Below, piece by piece: positions 38,900-49,660 of a stretch of 64,000 nt of DNA. The DNA is from Candidatus Poribacteria bacterium. GTDB taxonomy: Bacteria; Poribacteria; WGA-4E; WGA-3G. Both the position numbers and the translations under genes were made by a program. How positions within the stretch are numbered: the first letter of the stretch is position 1; every line of letters starts with the position of its first letter. The notes below the pieces were generated by a model, which searched no databases, was not told the origin of the DNA, and saw nothing but the letters and a program-made list of their open reading frames with translations. The stretch spans positions 5,597,972 through 5,661,971 of the forward strand of contig OZ251518.1 in assembly GCA_965242965.1 (NCBI GenBank), given 5' to 3'.

Positions 38900-40132
38900 A
38901 TGGAAAAAGTTTTAGGGTTAAAATGCCGCGAATGTGAGCGGACATACCCGAAAGAACCGCTGCACGTTTGCGAATTTTGCTTCGGACCGCTGGAAGTCAA
39001 CTACAACTACGAAGTCATCCGAAAGTCCATATCCAGACGCTCCATTGAACAAGGACCGGAAAGCTTGTGGCGATACGTTGAACTTCTGCCGATTGACGGC
39101 GAACCCACGGACGGGCTTAACTCCGGTTTCACGCCGCTCATTCACGCGAAAAACTTGGGCGACGCGCTCGGCGTGAAGGAGCTCTATATCAAAGACGATT
39201 CAGTTTGCCACCCGACGCTCTCTTTCAAGGACCGGGTGGTGGCAATCGCGCTCAGCAAGGCGAAGGAATTCGATTTTGATACCGTGTCGTGCGCGTCCAC
39301 GGGCAACTTAGCGAATTCTGTCGCCGCACACGCCGCCATCGCCAATCTGAACTGCTATATCTTCATTCCCGCCGATTTGGAGCTCGGCAAAGTGGTCGCG
39401 TCGCTCGTCTACGCGCCCACCGTCGTCGGTATTATGGGCACCTACGACGAGGTAAACCGGCTCTGCAGTGAGATTGCCGGCGTTTACCCGTGGGCGTTCG
39501 TTAACATTAATATCCGGCCGTTTTACGCGGAGGGCTCTAAAACGCTCTGTTTTGAGCTTATTGAGCAATTAGGGTGGGAAGCCCCAGCCCACATCGTTGC
39601 GCCCGCCGCCGGTGGCTCGCTTGTGACAAAGATAGGCAAGGCACTGAAGGAATTCCATCTGCTTGGATTGATTGATAAACCAAACACCAGAATACACGTA
39701 GCACAGGCGAAAGGTTGCGGTCCGATTGTAGACACACTGAAGGCGGACAGCGATTTTGTCAAGCCTGTCAAACCGAACACCATCGCGAAATCGTTAGCGA
39801 TAGGTAACCCGGCGGATGGCATCTATGCCGCCGATACGGTTCGGACTTCGGGCGGCGCGGGCGAGCACGCAACCGATGACGACATCATTGAGGCGATAAA
39901 ACTTCTCGCCGCCACCGAGGGGATTTTCACGGAGACAGCGGGGGGTGTCACGTTGGCTGTCGCCAAAAAATTAATTGAGAGCGGCCGCATCAGCCGAGAC
40001 GAACGGGTTGTCGTCGCCATTACGGGCAACGGCTTGAAAACGGTGGAAGCACTCGAAAACCGCACGGATGAGCCGCACATCATCGCACCGCAGTTGAACG
40101 CTTTCCGAAAATTAATGGCAAACGTCGCATAG
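38900..40132 (+). CDS. thrC: Threonine synthase
   Basis: GFTPL, PTLSFKDR (PLP lysine), ASTGNLA and ITGNGLK. Confidence 0.92.
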   Translation: MEKVLGLKCRECERTYPKEPLHVCEFCFGPLEVNYNYEVIRKSISRRSIEQGPESLWRYVELLPIDGEPTDGLNSGFTPLIHAKNLGDALGVKELYIKDDSVCHPTLSFKDRVVAIALSKAKEFDFDTVSCASTGNLANSVAAHAAIANLNCYIFIPADLELGKVVASLVYAPTVVGIMGTYDEVNRLCSEIAGVYPWAFVNINIRPFYAEGSKTLCFELIEQLGWEAPAHIVAPAAGGSLVTKIGKALKEFHLLGLIDKPNTRIHVAQAKGCGPIVDTLKADSDFVKPVKPNTIAKSLAIGNPADGIYAADTVRTSGGAGEHATDDDIIEAIKLLAATEGIFTETAGGVTLAVAKKLIESGRISRDERVVVAITGNGLKTVEALENRTDEPHIIAPQLNAFRKLMANVA

Positions 40133-40177
40133 GCGAACTTGGGCAGAACGCATTGCGAAAGTGCGAAAGAAAAAGAA

Positions 40178-41269
40178 ATGATGAAACCGAAACCCGGCAT
40201 CGAAACTATTCAGCCGTATCAGGGCGGCAAGCCGATTGAAGAGGTGCAACGCGAATTGGGCATCGCTGACATTATTAAGTTGGCATCCAACGAAAACCCG
40301 CTGGGTCCTTCGCCGTTGGCGGTGCAGGCCATCGCGGAGAATGCGACACAGGTGCATCTCTATCCCGATGGAAACGCATACTATCTCAAGGAAGAGTTAG
40401 CGGCACATCTAGGCGTTTCTGCGGAACACCTGATTTTGGGAAACGGCTCAAACGATGTGTTGCAACTCGTCGGTGAGGCATACCTCGCGCCCGGTGATGA
40501 GGTTATCTATGCGGCGGGTGCCTTCATCGTCTATCATCTCGTGACGAAGATTTGCGGCGCGACTGCAGTTGTCGTCCCGATGGTGAACCACACGCATCAT
40601 CTCGCGGCGATGGCGGCGGCAATCACGGAAAAAACGAAGGTTATCTTCATCGCCAATCCAAACAATCCGACTGGGACGATGGTAACGGTGGATGAGACGG
40701 CGGCGTTTATGGCACAAGTGCCAGAAAGTGTGCTTGTCGTTTTTGACGAGGCATATTATGAATACGTCACGCGCGCCGATTATCCGCAGACGTTGCCTTA
40801 CGTTTTGGAGGGACGCGAGGGACGCAACGTCCTCATCACTCGCACGTTTTCCAAGATTTACGGGTTGGCGGGACTGCGCATCGGCTACGGTATCGCGCCC
40901 GCGGCGATAGTTGAAACGTTGAATCGGGTGCGGCAGCCGTTCAATTGCAATTTAATCGGGCAAGCGGCGGCGCGTGCTGCCCTGAAAGATAGCGCGCACG
41001 TCCGAGAGAGTCAACGGTGCAACGCGGCGGGAAAAACCTTCCTATATCACGCGCTGGACACGCTCGGCGTGAATTATATCCCTACCGAAGGGAATTTTGT
41101 CATGGTGCATCTGGATAGATTGGGCACGGATATCGCCGATGCGTTAATGAGAAAAGGGGTTATCGTGCGTCCGATGGCGGGGTATGGGTATCCTAATGCG
41201 ATTCGCGTAACAATCGGCACGCGGCAGGAAAACGAACGGTTCATCGCGGGATTAGGTGAAACGCTTTAA
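40178..41269 (+). CDS. hisC: Histidinol-phosphate aminotransferase
   Basis: KLASNENPLG, GNGSND, NPNNPTG, DEAYYEY and RTFSKIYGLAGLRIGY. Confidence 0.95.
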   Translation: MMKPKPGIETIQPYQGGKPIEEVQRELGIADIIKLASNENPLGPSPLAVQAIAENATQVHLYPDGNAYYLKEELAAHLGVSAEHLILGNGSNDVLQLVGEAYLAPGDEVIYAAGAFIVYHLVTKICGATAVVVPMVNHTHHLAAMAAAITEKTKVIFIANPNNPTGTMVTVDETAAFMAQVPESVLVVFDEAYYEYVTRADYPQTLPYVLEGREGRNVLITRTFSKIYGLAGLRIGYGIAPAAIVETLNRVRQPFNCNLIGQAAARAALKDSAHVRESQRCNAAGKTFLYHALDTLGVNYIPTEGNFVMVHLDRLGTDIADALMRKGVIVRPMAGYGYPNAIRVTIGTRQENERFIAGLGETL

Positions 41270-41360
41270 TTCTCTGTCAAACGAACTCCGTAGGTGCGGT
41301 TTGGAACCGCGTCTACCGAATAGGTTGGATTTTGCGCGGGACTTACATAGAAAAAAAACG

Positions 41361-42464
41361 ATGAAAAACCTGGTCCAAATTAACAACAAACGTCCGACGC
41401 GAAAAATTAGGGTGGGTGATATTCCCATCGGCGGCGGGAGTCCTGTCTCTATTCAGACAATGACGACGACGCTGACGCATGACATTGACGCGACGCTTGC
41501 ACAGGTGGAACGTTGCGCGGCGGCGGGCGCGCAGATTGTCCGCGTCGCTGTCCCGGAAGAGAAGGACGCGAACGCGCTCAGCACGCTTGTCAAACGCGCG
41601 CCGGTGCCGATTGTGTCGGATATCCATTTCAACTACCGGTACGCGCTTGCGGCGGTGGATGCAGGCGTGGCGAAGGTGCGCATCAACCCCGGTAATATCG
41701 GCAGCGAAGAACGGATTGAGCAGGTGTTGTCCGCCGCTAAAGCGGCGAATATCCCTATCCGTATTGGCGTGAACGAAGGTTCACTTGAGAAGGAGCTGCT
41801 GGAGAAATATCCCTCGCCGACAGCGGATGCACTCGTGGAGAGCGCGATGCGGCACGTGAAAATATGCGAGGCACACGATTTCACGGACATCGCTATCTCT
41901 GTCAAATCCAGCGACCCGAGGCGGATGATAGCGGCGAACCGGTTGCTTTCAGCGCAGGTGCGTTACCCGTTGCATCTCGGTGTGACAGAGGCAGGCACGC
42001 CACGGCGCGCGCATGTCAAATCGACGCTCGGCATCGGCACGCTGTTGTTGGAAGGCATCGGCGATACCATCCGCATCTCTATCACGGGGGATCCGGTTGA
42101 AGAAGTCTTGACGGCGAAGGAACTCCTGCGGGCCCTCGGCATAGCGGAGGATATGCTTGATGTTGTCTCCTGTCCCTTCTGTGGACGGGGAGACCCCGAG
42201 GCGGATTACGAGAACATTGTCGCCATGGCAGAGGAACTACTAGAAAAACACGGCATCAAAATTCCCGTGGCGGTGATGGGGTGTGAAGTCAACGGGCCCG
42301 GTGAGACGCGCAACGCCGAAGTCGGCATCCATCTCGGCGGCAAAGAACTCGCCGTATTGAAAGTGCGCGGTGAACGGGTGCGGACATTCCGTGGCAAAGC
42401 GGAGGTAAATCCGCAGTTTTTGGCGAATGCGTTGTTGGAGGCGGCACAGCAGTTGCAAAAATAA
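41361..42464 (+). CDS. ispG: HMBPP synthase (GcpE)
   Basis: DIHF, RINPGN, IRIGVN.GSL, HLGVTEAG, SCPFCGR and MGCEVNGPGE. Confidence 0.95.
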   Translation: MKNLVQINNKRPTRKIRVGDIPIGGGSPVSIQTMTTTLTHDIDATLAQVERCAAAGAQIVRVAVPEEKDANALSTLVKRAPVPIVSDIHFNYRYALAAVDAGVAKVRINPGNIGSEERIEQVLSAAKAANIPIRIGVNEGSLEKELLEKYPSPTADALVESAMRHVKICEAHDFTDIAISVKSSDPRRMIAANRLLSAQVRYPLHLGVTEAGTPRRAHVKSTLGIGTLLLEGIGDTIRISITGDPVEEVLTAKELLRALGIAEDMLDVVSCPFCGRGDPEADYENIVAMAEELLEKHGIKIPVAVMGCEVNGPGETRNAEVGIHLGGKELAVLKVRGERVRTFRGKAEVNPQFLANALLEAAQQLQK

Positions 42465-42479
42465 TCGGCAGGAGACACT

Positions 42480-45400
42480 ATGTCTTACCAACGCGAAACC
42501 ACCATCACCCGCAAACTCGTGGACATCCTCGAAAAGATGCGCCACCGATGGAACATTGAAGTCGAAGTGAACGCCTTCACCGAAAGCGGCGGCACGCTTG
42601 ACGCAATTGTCATTGAGCGCGGGCGCGAACCGGTAGGTATTGAGGCGAAATTCGCCACAACGACGAACGCCACGAAACTCATCGAACAGGCGGAATCGCG
42701 CTTCGCGAACGAGTTAGAAACGGAATATCGCACCTTGGGGAAAACCCTCAATAACGTTCTGACAATCCTTTATCCTGACGAATTCAAGGAGGTTGCCGGA
42801 CGGAACATTGAAAGGAAACTGCGTAAGGCGGACAACTTTCAATATAAACTGGTTACCCGAAAAGGGCAGTTCCCTCAAAACGGTTGGGTAAAAGGTGGCG
42901 TGGCAGACATCGCGAGCGCGCTCTGCGTCGGCGCGACACCTATCGCTGACCTTGAGGAGGCAGTCGATGAGATGGAAATTAGCATCGACACGGCAGCGAA
43001 CCTGATCGGCGATGCCATTACAGAACGTTCTGCCATCGGTTCTGCTATTGAGCAAACCTTGCATCAAGCGGTTTTCGTCAAAGACCGGAAAATACCGCAC
43101 CAAGAAATTTTCGCGAAAGACAAGGACGTGAAAATTCACGTCCAGACGCTCCGGATGGCCGCGCTGATTATCACGGATGCATTCGTCTTCCAGAGTGCCC
43201 TCGCCGGCAAAGAAGAATTAGGATTGGGGGCTGTCCGTTCACTAGGCCAACTGCTTTCTCCAGCGAATGCGCCGTTAGAGACAGTGTCTACCAGCGGAAG
43301 GGCATCTGAGGTGGCCTACGCAGATGTTGTCGTGGACTGGAACACCATCCTCGGGAAGAATTACAGTCCGATTTTTAAGGACGCGCGAGAGCTGGTTGAG
43401 GCGATTGCAACCGACGACATTCTCGTGAAACTGATTTTGACTACCTTGTGCGAGGCAGCCAAAAATCTGGTGGATGCCGGGCTAGCGCAGATTCACGAAC
43501 TGGCAGGCATGGTATTCCAGAGACTTATCACCGACCGGCGATATATCAAGGCAAACTACACAATGCCGACATCGGCGACACTCCTTTCAGCATTCGTGCT
43601 ACCCGAATTGCCGGAAGGGAGACTACCGAAAATCGCCGACTTCGCCTGCGGAACGGGTGCATTGCTCAGCGGCGTATACCAACGGTTGCTCATGCTGTAT
43701 GAACAACAAGGCCAGAAGAACGGGAGGGACATCCACCGGCAAATGCTTGAAGAAAACATCGGTGGCGCGGACGTGATGCCCAACGCAACGCACCTCACGG
43801 CGGCCCTCCTTGCGAGCACGAACGCCGACGTTAAAATCGGAAGGACCCGGATTCTCACCGCACCTTACGGGAAACAAGAAAACGGGAACGCCGAAGATAA
43901 GCAGGATAGCGAGGATGCCGAAGATAAGTCGGACAAAAGTGAATACGCCATCGGTTCACTAGAACTGCTTTATGACACGCTCTCGCTACCAACACTGGGA
44001 ACCGAGGCGGAGCAACTTGGCGGCGAAGGCAACAGGATCGTTGAATTGCAACGGGAATTCCCCTACGGCACATTCGACATTGTTATCCAGAATCCACCTT
44101 TTACAAGGCCAGGGGCAGACCCCGCGGGCGTAGACGGACCGAAATCACCGTTTCAAGGGCGAGACCGGCCCGCAAAATACAAAAAGGCAATGCAAGCAGC
44201 CCTCCGCGAAAAGAATACGTCTATTGCTAATGGCCAAGCAGGACTTAGTTCTTACTTCGTGGAGTTAGCGGATAGAATGCTCAAGCCTAACGGAACTATA
44301 GGGGTTATATTACCCCTGACAGTCCTCGGTTCTCCCCTAACCCAAGCGTTGCGTGACATGCTGGCAACTCAGTATCACAAAGTGGTTGTAATCACCATCG
44401 CGGGCACCACCGGATATGCCAGCGCGTTCTCTGCCGATACAAACATGCGGGAGTGTATCATCGTGGCAACGAAGGGGAAAGGACAGGACACTGGACGGGG
44501 GAAGTTCGTCTGCCTTAACCAACGTCCTGCTAGTTCACTGGAGGCAATTGAGATTTTCAATCGTATTCTCAAGACTAACAGCATGCGGACCTTGGAAGAC
44601 CCCCCCCCACCTACGGCGGAGACATTCTCAGCGTTGGTGAAGACATCGCCGGTCAACTCCTAAATTGTCCACTGCCACTGGGAAAAATATGGACAACTTC
44701 CTGTGTCAAATCGATGGCTTTGCATCAATCAGCACACAGACTCACAGAGGGCACCTTGCAGGCACCGATGCAGACTACCTCCGTGAAAATTCCGATGTGT
44801 TGTGTGTCAGATATGGCACAACTTGGATTTGCTGAATACCGTCGGGCGTTTCAGATGGTAAAAGGGACTACCCGCAGCGATGGGTATCTCTGCCTATGGA
44901 ACGCAAAGAGTCAAGAGCAACGGGCAATGGTGTGTTATCCCGATTCACGTGGGATACCTCTGCCGAATGGCGAAAAGCACGTGCAAAAGCGGGTAGAAAG
45001 AACGAGCAGGGCACATTACAACATGATGCTAAGATGGACAGCGAATTCTGTCATCTCTCTCTTCACTGAGGAACCCACAATCGGTGTAAACACGATAACG
45101 AACGTGGCATTTGAGGACCCGCGTTATGAAATTCCGTTCACGCTCTGGTGCAACTCAACGCTAGGATTGTTGTGCCACTGGATACATAGTGGCAAACAGC
45201 AAGGTGGCCGCGGGCTATTAAGTTCGCTCTTTTCACTCCGCACGCTGCCGACGTTAGATGTGCGCCGACTCTCGGAAGAAGCGTTAACGAACGCCGAGGC
45301 GATTTTTGAGCGATTAAAATACGAACGGATGCTGCCTCTCAACAAATGCGCCGATGACAAGGTTCGGCATGAGTTAGATGCGGCGTTGGTGACGAAGGTG

Positions 45401-45556
45401 TTGGGGATTCAGGATGTCGGTGTGCTTGCTTCGATGCAGACGTTGCGTGAGATACTCTGCGCGGAGCCGAGCATTCAGGCTGGAAAGCAGTCAAAGTGTG
45501 ATTTGGAAAAGGAGTTGCGCGCGTTGGCGAAGAAGGGCATTGTGCTTCCCGGGTGA
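42480..45556 (+). pseudogene. Type IIG-like fused restriction-modification gene, out of frame at a C9 tract (possibly phase-variable)
   Basis: N-terminal D...IEAK nuclease-like motif, DFACGTG (motif I) and NPPF (motif IV). The reading frame resumes after poly-C 44600-44608 and runs open into ORF 44714-45556. Confidence 0.8.
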
Positions 45557-45602
45557 TGTGTTCGGGCCCAAGCGAGCCCGAACGATAGGGGACAGGTTTT
45601 GC

Positions 45603-46100
45603 CTAACCGAAGAACGCTCTGAGGAGAGCGATGAGTGCGAGCACCGTGGGTGCAATCCACGCGATGTGTTTCCAGAATCGGCGGGTGAAGATGCGTTCGC
45701 CGCGGGATTCTGCTGCGACTTCTCGGCGCTCGGTGACGGCTTCAATGAGGGTATCGATTTTTTCATCCTGCCTGTCGGCGCGTGCATCGCTCCGGTCAAA
45801 CCGGGCGTTCACCTCGCGAAACTGCTCGGTGGTATGCTTCTCGCTCTGATCGATGCGTTCGGTGGTATGCTTCTCACTCTCGTTGATGCGCTCAGTAGTG
45901 CGTGTTTCGCTCTGGTCGATGCGTTCGGTAGTGCGTTGCTCGCTCTGGTTAATCTGTGCGTTCACCTCGCGAAACTGATCGGCGGTGTGTCGCTCATTCT
46001 GATCGATCCGTGCATCCACCTGCCGAAACTGATCGGCGGTGTGTTGCTCGGACAGATTTATCCGGTCCAAAATAATATCGCGCAATTCTTCCAAGGTCAT
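45603..46100 (-). CDS. Coiled-coil repeat protein with C-terminal membrane anchor (Bdr/DUF1640-like), copy 1
   Basis: AAGGAG RBS, 11-aa TTERIDQSEKH-type repeats and a C-terminal WIAPTVLALIALLRAFFG. Confidence 0.8.
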   Translation of the reverse strand: MTLEELRDIILDRINLSEQHTADQFRQVDARIDQNERHTADQFREVNAQINQSEQRTTERIDQSETRTTERINESEKHTTERIDQSEKHTTEQFREVNARFDRSDARADRQDEKIDTLIEAVTERREVAAESRGERIFTRRFWKHIAWIAPTVLALIALLRAFFG

Positions 46101-46266
46101 TAGTTTCTCCTTTGCGTTAAGGATGCCCGATGGACATCGCGGATTCCAAGGTGATGAACGTGGCGACGTGCCACAACTGCCGTGCAGGCACCTGTATAGC
46201 TACTTTAAAGGATACCATTTTGACTAACGTTTGTCAAGAAAAAACGATAGAAGGCACGGGTTTTAC

Positions 46267-46644
46267 CTAACCGAAGAACGCTCTGAGGAGAGCAATGAGC
46301 GCGAGCACCGTGGGCGCGATCCAGGCGATGTGTTTCCAGAATCGGCGGGTGAAGATGCGTTCGCCGCGGGATTCTGCTGCGACTTCTCGGCGTTCGGTGA
46401 CGGCTTCAATGAGGGTATCGATTTTTTCATCCTGCCTGTCGGCGCGGGCATCGCTCCGGTCGAACCGTGCGTTCACCTCGCGAAACTGCTCGGTGGTATG
46501 CTTTTCGCTCTGATCGATGCGTTCGGCGGTGTGCCGCTCATTCTGATCGATCCGTGCATCCACCTGCCGAAACTGATCGGCAGTGTGTTGCTCGGATAGA
46601 TTTATCCGGTCTAAGATAATATCGCGCAATTCTTCCAAGGTCAT
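46267..46644 (-). CDS. Coiled-coil repeat protein with C-terminal membrane anchor, copy 2 (125 aa)
   Basis: Termini identical to copy 1, with 40 fewer repeat residues. Same RBS and upstream region. Confidence 0.8.
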   Translation of the reverse strand: MTLEELRDIILDRINLSEQHTADQFRQVDARIDQNERHTAERIDQSEKHTTEQFREVNARFDRSDARADRQDEKIDTLIEAVTERREVAAESRGERIFTRRFWKHIAWIAPTVLALIALLRAFFG

Positions 46645-46774
46645 TCTGTTTCTCCTTTGCGTTAAGGATGCCCGACAGACATTGATGAACGTGGCAACGT
46701 GCCACAAATACTGTGCAGGCACCCGTGTAGATACTTTAAAGGATACCATTTTTATTAACGTTTGTCAAGAAAAA

Positions 46775-48391
46775 ATGCATTTCCTACAAAAAGCACGCAA
46801 ATCCATCGTTATCCAGACTGTGGCCGTGGGGCTATTTTTCTTTGGATACCATAAATTCCTCGTCTCCGCGATGCGCGAGGCATCAATTAACCTCGGCGCG
46901 GTAAAATTTAACAGTCACTTCGTGCCGCTCTATGCCGAACCGCGCGTTGACTTGCATTGGTGGATTCTGCCCGCTATCGCCGTGTGCATTGGGTTCCTAG
47001 TCATCTGCCGGCGGTATTTCGTCATGCCCGAGGGACGCGCGCTTGGAGCCCGCGCCTACGAAGAACAGCACAGACGTTTCTCTCTTCTCTGGATAGCCGT
47101 TTTCTGCTTTATCGCTGTCCATATCAGCGTCGCGCAGATTGATGGGTATCGCGAGTTGGGAGGAGGGGAACGGATTTTGGCACTTTTGGAGCCCTACACA
47201 CGCACGTCACTGGAATACTACGGCGATGTGCCGCGCGTCAATGAAAAGGGGCTCGGCGGCTTTTTGCGCGATTATCACAAACCGGCGTTTTTCGACACGC
47301 TCTCTGGGCACACCCGAACACATCCACCGGGTGGCGTGATATTCCTTTGGGGTGTCAGCAAAATCTTCGGCTACAACTTGGTGTCGGCATCGTTGGCATC
47401 GATTCTGTTTACTGCACTGACGATTATTCCGGTTTATCGGCTGGGGACGCGGCTTTATGGAGAAGAGGTGGGCCGTTACGCGCTCGCGCTCTTCCTCATC
47501 ACACCGAATTTTGTGATGTTCACAGGCACGTCCATGGATGGCCCTTTTAGCGTCTTCCCTATCTTCAGTCTCTACCTGTTTTACAAAGCCATCTCCTTGC
47601 ATCCGCTGAAGACAGGGCTTCCATCCGCCGCGCCGACAGAACGTGATGAGCATCGCGTTGAGTTCCTCCACCGTTTCTTTTCAGAAAAGCGGAGGCATCG
47701 GTTAAGTGCGATACGCAGCCAGTTGCGCACGTGGCAAGTTTATAGCCTGATGACAGGCGTTTCGCTCGCGCTTGGCATGTTCATGACGTATTCCACCGTG
47801 GTCATCGGGGTTTTTCTGTGTGTTTTGACATTGTTGCCCCTTACGCGTTTGGAAACCACGCCTATTGGAAATTGGCAAGGCAACTTCGTTCGGCATCTGA
47901 AGGTGGTGTTGATAGCGGGTGCAGGGTTCGTCGCGTGTTACCTATTGCTTTTCGTGCTAACCGGGTTCCGGCCGCTTGAGGCACTCTGGGCGGCGATAAA
48001 GAAAGACGAGGCAGGGATGGGCACCGGGTATGAAAGCGTTGCGCGGTATTTCCATCTCAGTTTTGCGAACCTGTTCGCGTTTCTCATCGGCATTGGCATC
48101 CCGATAACAACGGTTTGGATTCGACACCTGTTCAAGACAGTGCGCGCGTGGCGGGAAAATGGCGCAGTTGACACGTTTGTCATCGGCTACGTGATAACGC
48201 TTCTCTTCTTCACCTTTTCGACGCTTTTTACGATGGAGGTGGAACGGATATGGATTTTCATGGTGCCGTTTCTGGTTATCCCGGTTGCAAAGCATCTGAC
48301 AGAACGCCCGCGCGCGGATTTCTATTGGGTGGCGGGGATGTTAGTGGTGCAGTTGATTGTGTCTGAGGTGTTGTTGTATACATATTGGTAG
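46775..48391 (+). CDS. Polytopic membrane glycosyltransferase (GT-C, ArnT/PMT-like)
   Basis: Many TM helices, THPPG, PVYRLG..LYG and MEVERIW. First gene of a GT4/deacetylase cluster. Confidence 0.7.
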   Translation: MHFLQKARKSIVIQTVAVGLFFFGYHKFLVSAMREASINLGAVKFNSHFVPLYAEPRVDLHWWILPAIAVCIGFLVICRRYFVMPEGRALGARAYEEQHRRFSLLWIAVFCFIAVHISVAQIDGYRELGGGERILALLEPYTRTSLEYYGDVPRVNEKGLGGFLRDYHKPAFFDTLSGHTRTHPPGGVIFLWGVSKIFGYNLVSASLASILFTALTIIPVYRLGTRLYGEEVGRYALALFLITPNFVMFTGTSMDGPFSVFPIFSLYLFYKAISLHPLKTGLPSAAPTERDEHRVEFLHRFFSEKRRHRLSAIRSQLRTWQVYSLMTGVSLALGMFMTYSTVVIGVFLCVLTLLPLTRLETTPIGNWQGNFVRHLKVVLIAGAGFVACYLLLFVLTGFRPLEALWAAIKKDEAGMGTGYESVARYFHLSFANLFAFLIGIGIPITTVWIRHLFKTVRAWRENGAVDTFVIGYVITLLFFTFSTLFTMEVERIWIFMVPFLVIPVAKHLTERPRADFYWVAGMLVVQLIVSEVLLYTYW

Positions 48392-48511
48392 TCTGGAGCA
48401 GGATTTGCAAGATTAACAGGATTTGCAGGATAAGAAACTGTTCGCGCGATGAAATTCGCCTAGGGCTGACGAACCTAAAGAGGGCTCTTCCTAACGAATT
48501 GGTATAAAACC

Positions 48512-49660
48512 TTGCGGATTATCTACGTTATCGATTCCATGACAAAAGATGGTGCTGAATCGCAACTGCTCAAGACGTTAGCGCGGTTATCCCCAGAACG
48601 GTATGAGGCTTACGTCGTGCTCAGTCGCGCGAGAGGTGAGCGAGCGGCGGAACTTGCCGAAATCCCTTGCGTGCGGGAGGTAGCGTCCATTGTGTCGGCA
48701 GGCAAGCGCGCGACGCTTCTCGAAAAAGCGTTCATCTTGGGCGGCATTGTGAAAGCACTTCAACCGCATCTCGTGCATAGCTGGCTGTGGTATTCCAATT
48801 TCCTGTGCGGGTTTTCCCGAAAACTCGGTTTTTGGAGAGGCGTGCCGTTCATCACATCGCAACGCGGCGATTACCATGCGCGATACGGCAAAATCCGGCT
48901 CTGGTTCACTGAAAAGTTCATATATCACACGGCAGATACCGTGCTAACCAATTCGGAACACATTCAGCGCGGGCTATCTCAACGGTATCCGGACAAAAAG
49001 ATTTGCGCCATCCCTAATCTGCTAGAATTACCTGATGCCTTTGCGGTAGGACAACCTTCCCAGACGCAACACTCAGACGAAAAACGAATCGTCAGCGTCG
49101 GGAGATTTGCACCAGAAAAGGGACACCGTTATCTGATAGAGGCACTAGGGATGCTGAACGATGCGCGCTTCCAAAGCGTGCCTACCGGGGCGTGGCGATG
49201 CACTTTCTTCGGCGAAGGCGAATTGGAGACAGAATTACGTAGGCAGGCGATGGACATCGAGAACGGGAGGGAGCAAATTATGTTTCCCGGTTTTTGTGAT
49301 GATGTCTTCTCGGTTATTGCAGGAGCAGATGTCTTCGTGCTGCCCTCTCTGCACGAGAGTTCACCGAACGCTTTAATCGAGGCGATGGGGCTCGGATTGC
49401 CGTGCATCGCATCGGAGGTGGGCGGCATCGTAGACTTGATTGCGGATGGGGAAAATGGGCTTTGCGTGCCGCCAAAAGAACCGGCGGCGTTGGCAGCGGC
49501 ACTACATCGGTTGTTGACTGAGCCAGACTTTGCGCGGGACTTGGGAGAAAATGCACGTCTGACTATCCGGCAGAAGTTCAACAACGACGACTCTATCCGA
49601 AAATTGGAAGAGATTTATCAAAAATGCGTCGATTCCTCAAAAATGTCATCGCCTCGGTAA
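48512..49660 (+). CDS. Glycosyltransferase family 4
   Basis: DGAE, VGRFAPEKG and DVFVLPSLHESSPNALIEAM motifs. Confidence 0.92.
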   Translation: MRIIYVIDSMTKDGAESQLLKTLARLSPERYEAYVVLSRARGERAAELAEIPCVREVASIVSAGKRATLLEKAFILGGIVKALQPHLVHSWLWYSNFLCGFSRKLGFWRGVPFITSQRGDYHARYGKIRLWFTEKFIYHTADTVLTNSEHIQRGLSQRYPDKKICAIPNLLELPDAFAVGQPSQTQHSDEKRIVSVGRFAPEKGHRYLIEALGMLNDARFQSVPTGAWRCTFFGEGELETELRRQAMDIENGREQIMFPGFCDDVFSVIAGADVFVLPSLHESSPNALIEAMGLGLPCIASEVGGIVDLIADGENGLCVPPKEPAALAAALHRLLTEPDFARDLGENARLTIRQKFNNDDSIRKLEEIYQKCVDSSKMSSPR

